Assembly: GCA_054600435.1 (NCBI GenBank)
Contig: BAAIJX010000081.1
Coordinates: 45,069-65,068, forward strand
Direction of reading: 5' to 3'
From: Neophaeotheca triangularis
Lineage: Eukaryota
DNA: 20,000 bases
Shown here: in pieces, positions 19,402 through 20,000 of the stretch
How positions within the stretch are numbered: the stretch's first letter is position 1
Layout: every line of letters begins with the position of its first letter
The notes under the pieces: generated by a model
Told to the model about the DNA's origin: nothing
Database searches by the model: none
What the model saw: only the letters and a program-made list of their open reading frames with translations
Position numbers and translations under genes: made by a program

Positions 19402-19883
19402 AAGCTTCGTCGGCAGATACCATCTTCGATCTCAACGACCCCGGCTCGACTTCCGTGCGGCGACCGAGTTTTGTATTTCGGCATAGCACAGCGAGCATCA
19501 TCTTTCCGGACCACAACACAGGGGCAAAAAAAAAAGCAGCAAGCGGGCGGACAGGGCATTAGTAAAATGTTATCAGCACGAGCAGCGCGGGCGCTGAACT
19601 CCAGAAAAATTTTAAATCTTGGTTTCGGTCAAAGTATTGTTTTTTAGCGGACCGACACCCCCTTTTCTCAATAGCTAGAAGATATGGCAGTATTATGACA
19701 GTATAATGACACGGGCGCCCGCTCTGCTTTCGTAAAGGTCTCGCGATAGTATCTGGTCGCGGCCAGTGGCAACATCCACGATCCGTCTCCAGAGCATTCC
19801 ATCGGTCTCGGCGGGGTAAACGCTGCTGCTGCTCAAACAAAGGGCACCGTTGTGGATCCTAAGACCATCGCGCTCTGCGATGC

Positions 19884-19884
<1 letters not shown>

Positions 19885-19930
<46 letters not shown>

Positions 19931-20000
19931 GGGGGGTAAAAAAAAAACCAAAAAAACCCAAAAAAGAAACACCAGGGGGGGGGAAAAAAAACCCAAAGGG
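19885..20000 (+). repeat. Poly(A) tract (19885-19928) followed by homopolymer-rich low-complexity sequence
   Basis: 44 consecutive A, then runs of G, A and C resembling read decay after a homopolymer. Confidence 0.85.

Noticed and set aside
1..20000. CRISPR arrays, tRNA/rRNA genes, prokaryotic operons, secondary-metabolite cluster
   Set aside because: Eukaryotic housekeeping locus; no repeat-spacer array, cloverleaf, rRNA-like sequence or PKS/NRPS backbone gene seen.

Overview
Eukaryotic, intron-containing genomic DNA from a filamentous ascomycete (Pezizomycotina; a Dothideomycete is my guess, not shown). Manual splicing (GT..CTRAC..YAG introns of about 50-115 nt) gives nine protein-coding genes, mostly in divergent pairs: a small secreted, probably GPI-anchored 11-mer-repeat protein (-, absent from the ORF track), PEX10 (+), a BAR-PH-ArfGAP (-), a hotdog-fold thioesterase with a PTS1-like end (+), RPS28 (-, 4 exons, absent from the ORF track), HIS1 (+), a MetX-like alpha/beta hydrolase (+), a two-TM hypothetical protein (-) and a Zn-cluster-less fungal transcription-factor-like protein (+). 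The left end looks like a TpA-rich, RIP-like relic. The right end is a poly(A) run decaying into probable sequencing noise. Most notable observations: (1) a 135-codon ORF starting with ATG immediately and in frame after the ArfGAP TAG stop; (2) an identical 18-mer plus a CCGAGG site upstream of both peroxisome-related genes, within a TAGGT/ACCTA motif family found in all four divergent promoters; (3) a long hairpin in the presumed RPS28 3' UTR; (4) an acidic surface protein with Thr every 11 residues; (5) an abrupt C-rich to G-rich switch in the middle of several CDSs.
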